In this document: one piece after another, positions 4,655-7,698 of the stretch
Layout of the letters: the number at the start of each line of letters is the position of its first letter
How positions within the stretch are numbered: position 1 is the first letter of the stretch
From: Nanopusillaceae archaeon
Lineage (GTDB): Archaea; Nanobdellota; Nanobdellia; Nanobdellales; Nanobdellaceae
NCBI GenBank assembly: GCA_049973735.1
Contig: JBMFJL010000026.1
Coordinates: 1 to 7,698 of the forward strand
Reading direction: 5' to 3'
DNA length: 7,698 nucleotides
The notes under the pieces: generated by a model
What the model was told of the DNA's origin: nothing
What the model saw: the letters and a program-made list of their open reading frames with translations, nothing else
Database searches by the model: none
Position numbers and translations under genes: made by a program

Positions 4655-5778
4655 TCTAGCATCTTTTCCGGATGTTCTAATTTCTCCGGTAGATAATTTT
4701 CTGCTACGAATTCTAACGAGTGTCTAGCTAATGCATCCTGTTCTGCTTTTACCCCAAGTTTTAACATCTTTTGGAATTGTTTCTGCCATTCTTTAGATTT
4801 TTTAAACCATGGATAATTCATTAATTCTTGAAGCCTCTTTATATCTCTTTGATTTAATTTAATCACTGCTTTTGTTTTTAATAAATCATATTCTTCTATA
4901 TCATCTACTGTTAATCCAATGAATTTTGCATCTGGAGTTGCCAATAGTGGAGAAAATTGTGATAGCTTCATAGATCCCCTCTTTATTACTGAATATATAT
5001 AAAATCCCCAAGGATCAGCATCTGTAAATACGTAAACAGGCAATTTCTTTTCGTATCTAAGTCTATGTATTAATCTCTTAACTCCTCTTGGTGGTTGACC
5101 TTTACCATGTATTAATATTGCCCTATGTTTTTCTGGAAATCTTTCTTCAATCAATCTATCGAATAATGCTTCTTTTTCAACATGTAATATAAAATCAGCA
5201 TTAACATCAACTATTTCAATATCTTCTATTGTAGAAGGTATACTCCATCCTCCCCTACCAAGTTTTGAACAATTCCATTCATCCCCTCTCTTTTTATCTC
5301 TTAATACTATATCTCCATATATAGCACCCCTACCTTCCGCTTTTATATGAAATTGTTCTCTTATAGCTCTTAAGGTTCTTTCCAAATCTTCAATTACCGC
5401 ATCAGATTCATCTTGATCTTCAAATGTCTCTACATTTAATACATTTATTGTATGTTTAAGTTGATAGAATACTTCTCTAAGACTGGCAGTTTTTCCAGTT
5501 TCTACCAATTTCTTGGCCAAGTTTGCTACAAGTAATGTTTGTGTAAATTTTCTGACATGACCAAGATTTAAGAACTCTCTTTTACCAATTTTTTCCTTCA
5601 ATAATATTAAATCCCTTTTTTCATCATATATAATATTTTTTATATTGCCTCTTACTGCAAATTCTATTGAAGGATTTCCATTTTCAAATTCGTCATATAT
5701 CTTTTTTGCTAAATCTGTTATTCTTTTTATAATTTCTTCATCAGAAATCTTTTCAAAATATTCAGAGTATTCCGTCAT
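4651..5778 (-). CDS. top6A: DNA topoisomerase VI subunit A (Spo11 homologue)
   Basis: 375 aa. The candidate catalytic Tyr is in LREVFYQLKH (Tyr105, codon 5464-5466). The Toprim Glu is in LHVEKEA (Glu201), and the DxD is in YVFTDADPWGFYI (Asp253/Asp255). The length is typical of the family, and the gene sits immediately downstream of top6B. Confidence 0.95.
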   Translation of the reverse strand: MTEYSEYFEKISDEEIIKRITDLAKKIYDEFENGNPSIEFAVRGNIKNIIYDEKRDLILLKEKIGKREFLNLGHVRKFTQTLLVANLAKKLVETGKTASLREVFYQLKHTINVLNVETFEDQDESDAVIEDLERTLRAIREQFHIKAEGRGAIYGDIVLRDKKRGDEWNCSKLGRGGWSIPSTIEDIEIVDVNADFILHVEKEALFDRLIEERFPEKHRAILIHGKGQPPRGVKRLIHRLRYEKKLPVYVFTDADPWGFYIYSVIKRGSMKLSQFSPLLATPDAKFIGLTVDDIEEYDLLKTKAVIKLNQRDIKRLQELMNYPWFKKSKEWQKQFQKMLKLGVKAEQDALARHSLEFVAENYLPEKLEHPEKMLD

Positions 5779-5798
5779 TATATTTTATTTTTTAAATA

Positions 5799-5807
5799 TA
5801 TTTATTA
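5799..5807 (-). promoter_or_regulatory. TATA-like box TAATAAATA (- strand) upstream of top6A, overlapping the top6B stop codon
   Basis: On the - strand the 9-mer begins with the TAA stop of top6B (5807-5805) and starts 29 nt upstream of the top6A ATG (5778). Confidence 0.4.
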
Positions 5808-7541
5808 ATCTTCTAATCCGATTTTCTTTTCTTTTACTTCTTTTATTACTTTTTCTATAATATCCGATAATTCTTTCTCTGATAATAAATTTATTTTTAC
5901 AGTATCGCTCAACATGTTCTTTATCAAGTTCTTTGCCTGATTATCTTTTCCTTCCTTAATTAATAATTTTACTTCTTTTACACTTTTTAGTATTTCAAAA
6001 ACATCATTATATAATTCCTTTTTAATTCTTTCTTTTATTCTATTTTCAGCATCCTTTTCGTTTATCTTCAATATTTCTGATAAAGTGGATGATACTTCTA
6101 AGCCATATCCGTAAAGATTCTTATATTTGTCTCCTATTGACTCTAAAGCTCTCTTTTTCTTTATATATAATGATAACTCTCTTAAGGCATTTTTTACGGC
6201 TAATTCTATTTCTTTAACAATTTCATCGTATGCCGCAATTGCTTCTTTTGATTCTGAGGTAAAAGGTAACCAAACTGAAGCAACATGAACTAATATAGCA
6301 ATCGGATCCTTCGGATAATCACCTTCTACTTCAAAACCATAATGTTTCCAGTTTATATTTTTCAGTGCATGGGTTATTGCATCTTCACCAGCTTTATAAA
6401 GAAGAGGAACTCTATTTGCAAACCTATAATATTGAAATTCTGTTATATTGCCGCCATAACCCACACCAACTTCTACAATAAATGGAATTCCTCTATATAG
6501 GGCGGGTCTTCTTGTGATGGCAGCAGAAAATTCTGGATTTAACATATTCTCCATACTTTTCAATATTAGATCTCTTCCAAGTACAACTATATATTTTGAT
6601 GGCATAGCCCTTAATTTTGTTTCTTGAAGTACCTTATACAATTTTTCTATTTCATCATCATTTAAACTTTTTGGATCTCTATCTGGATCTAATTTAGCTC
6701 TTTTAACTATTTTTTCAGCATTTTGTTTACTTATTGAGGAGAAGGTTTTTGATAGGAATTCAACAAGATTCTTATATTTGCTTTCTTTACATAATCTCTC
6801 GAAATAACCAATTTCTATACCATATGGATGTGGTTTTGTTTCTTTTAATTCTGGTACAAATTCTGTTATCCTTTTATAAACAAATTTCTGTCCTTCCGGG
6901 TTTATGTATGTTATGTTTGCGTGTGGATTTATTAAAGCAGTTAATCTAATATATTCATCTACCGATTGTTTTCCTTTAACATATTGTCCAATTATTTTAG
7001 CTTTAACAATAGTTCCACTCTCTTTTTCTATTTTTATTTCTTTTTTTTCTATTACAATCGGCACATTAGTTTTTACATCAATTTTTATTTTATATTTTAT
7101 TCCATAATCTTTTGTTTTTAATTTTGTTATAACTTCTACAGGCTCTCTAGTAGTTAATTGAGCATATAAAGTAACTGCAGAAGCACCAATACCTTGCTTT
7201 CCCCTTGTAGAAACAAATCTATGAAACTTCGATCCAAACAGAAATGATCCAAATATATTTGGTACCTGGTCATATGGTATTCCTGGTCCGTTATCTTCTA
7301 CAGATATCTCGTATATATCTTCATCAACTTCTTTAACATTTACTTTAATATCTGGTAATATTCTATATTCTTCACATGCGTCTAGCGCATTATCTACATA
7401 TTCTTTTACAGATATTAGTAAGGCCCTTCTCGGGCTATCAAATCCTAATAAATGTCTATTTCTTTCGAAAAATTCTGCTATAGAAACTTTTTTAAAATTT
7501 TTATAAAGTTCTAATTCTTCTTTAAGTACTTTTTCTGTCAT
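5805..7541 (-). CDS. top6B: DNA topoisomerase VI subunit B (GHKL/Bergerat-fold ATPase)
   Basis: 578 aa. ATPase motifs: EYVDNALDA (Glu47, Asn51), EDNGPGI (Asp83) and TRGKQGIGAS. An H2TH-like segment follows (NLVEFLSKTFSSISKQNAEKIVKRAKL), then the transducer with the switch Lys in PFTSESKEAI (about Lys432). A long Lys/Glu-rich helical tail completes the protein. Confidence 0.95.
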   Translation of the reverse strand: MTEKVLKEELELYKNFKKVSIAEFFERNRHLLGFDSPRRALLISVKEYVDNALDACEEYRILPDIKVNVKEVDEDIYEISVEDNGPGIPYDQVPNIFGSFLFGSKFHRFVSTRGKQGIGASAVTLYAQLTTREPVEVITKLKTKDYGIKYKIKIDVKTNVPIVIEKKEIKIEKESGTIVKAKIIGQYVKGKQSVDEYIRLTALINPHANITYINPEGQKFVYKRITEFVPELKETKPHPYGIEIGYFERLCKESKYKNLVEFLSKTFSSISKQNAEKIVKRAKLDPDRDPKSLNDDEIEKLYKVLQETKLRAMPSKYIVVLGRDLILKSMENMLNPEFSAAITRRPALYRGIPFIVEVGVGYGGNITEFQYYRFANRVPLLYKAGEDAITHALKNINWKHYGFEVEGDYPKDPIAILVHVASVWLPFTSESKEAIAAYDEIVKEIELAVKNALRELSLYIKKKRALESIGDKYKNLYGYGLEVSSTLSEILKINEKDAENRIKERIKKELYNDVFEILKSVKEVKLLIKEGKDNQAKNLIKNMLSDTVKINLLSEKELSDIIEKVIKEVKEKKIGLED

Positions 7542-7561
7542 AAAATAATATAATACTTTAT

Positions 7562-7571
7562 ATTTTTAAAG
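7562..7571 (-). promoter_or_regulatory. TATA-like box CTTTAAAAAT (- strand) upstream of top6B
   Basis: The box starts 30 nt upstream of the ATG at 7541, within the 36-bp gap after the preceding gene. No Shine-Dalgarno motif lies in between. Confidence 0.45.
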
Positions 7572-7577
7572 TATTTC

Positions 7578-7698
7578 TTATTTTACGTACTTGTAAAATT
7601 CCTTTTCCCTATTCTTTAAATCTTTAACATATTTTCTCATAAAATCATAGGCATTTTTATGTTTACTTCCATTAATTATCCTTTTAATACCTTCGTAT
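7578..7698 (-). CDS. Partial CDS (3' end only, continues past the right edge); hypothetical protein
   Basis: The reverse-strand frame is open from the window edge: ...YEGIKRIINGSKHKNAYDFMRKYVKDLKNREKEFYKYVK, ending at TAA (complement of 7578-7580). That is 39 sense codons without a stop in stop-rich DNA, co-directional with top6B and 36 bp from it. I recognise no family. Confidence 0.45.
   Translation of the reverse strand, partial: YEGIKRIINGSKHKNAYDFMRKYVKDLKNREKEFYKYVK

Noticed and set aside
4667-4689. Direct repeat TCCGG...TCCGG 18 nt apart
   Set aside because: It is the complement of two Pro-Glu-Lys codon sets in the Top6A C-terminus (LPEKLEHPEKMLD). It is a small peptide-level reiteration inside a coding region, not a regulatory element.
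5645-5860. 71-aa + strand ORF spanning the top6A start and top6B end
   Set aside because: It is antisense to two strongly supported genes. Its translation ends in a poly-Leu run derived from the complement of the Lys/Glu-rich Top6B tail, so it is a shadow ORF.
6734-7107. Two + strand ORFs (6734-6949 and 6904-7107) inside top6B
   Set aside because: They are antisense to the conserved GHKL and H2TH regions of top6B and have no motifs of their own, so they are shadow ORFs.

Overview
Very AT-rich archaeal chromosomal DNA (about 25% G+C in the stretch I counted by hand), packed almost end to end with genes. I can support eight complete CDSs and two edge fragments. These are a stand-alone ATP-grasp beta subunit of ADP-forming acetyl-CoA synthetase, an orphan 296-aa helical protein, an M20 metallopeptidase, a DCD/DUT-family dUTPase, an orphan 6-TM membrane protein, a short PDCD5-type DNA-binding protein, and the adjacent topoisomerase VI genes top6B and top6A. 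I saw no tRNA, rRNA, CRISPR array, mobile element or long repeat. No G+C-rich island stands out from the AT-rich background. I do not see a convincing novel multi-gene system; most of the window is housekeeping. Four things deserve a second look. (1) A perfect 10-bp inverted repeat places each divergent start codon (M20 peptidase and dUTPase) inside the other gene's TATA-like box. (2) A 403-bp non-coding spacer, about ten times longer than any other gap, carries three copies of a 9-mer that elsewhere in the window sits in promoter position. (3) A/T boxes start 29-31 nt upstream of eight start codons with no Shine-Dalgarno motif, which fits leaderless transcription. (4) Two proteins are orphans: a 296-aa helical protein lacking His, Cys and Trp, and a 6-TM membrane protein. 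All family assignments come from motif recognition by eye, not from database searches.
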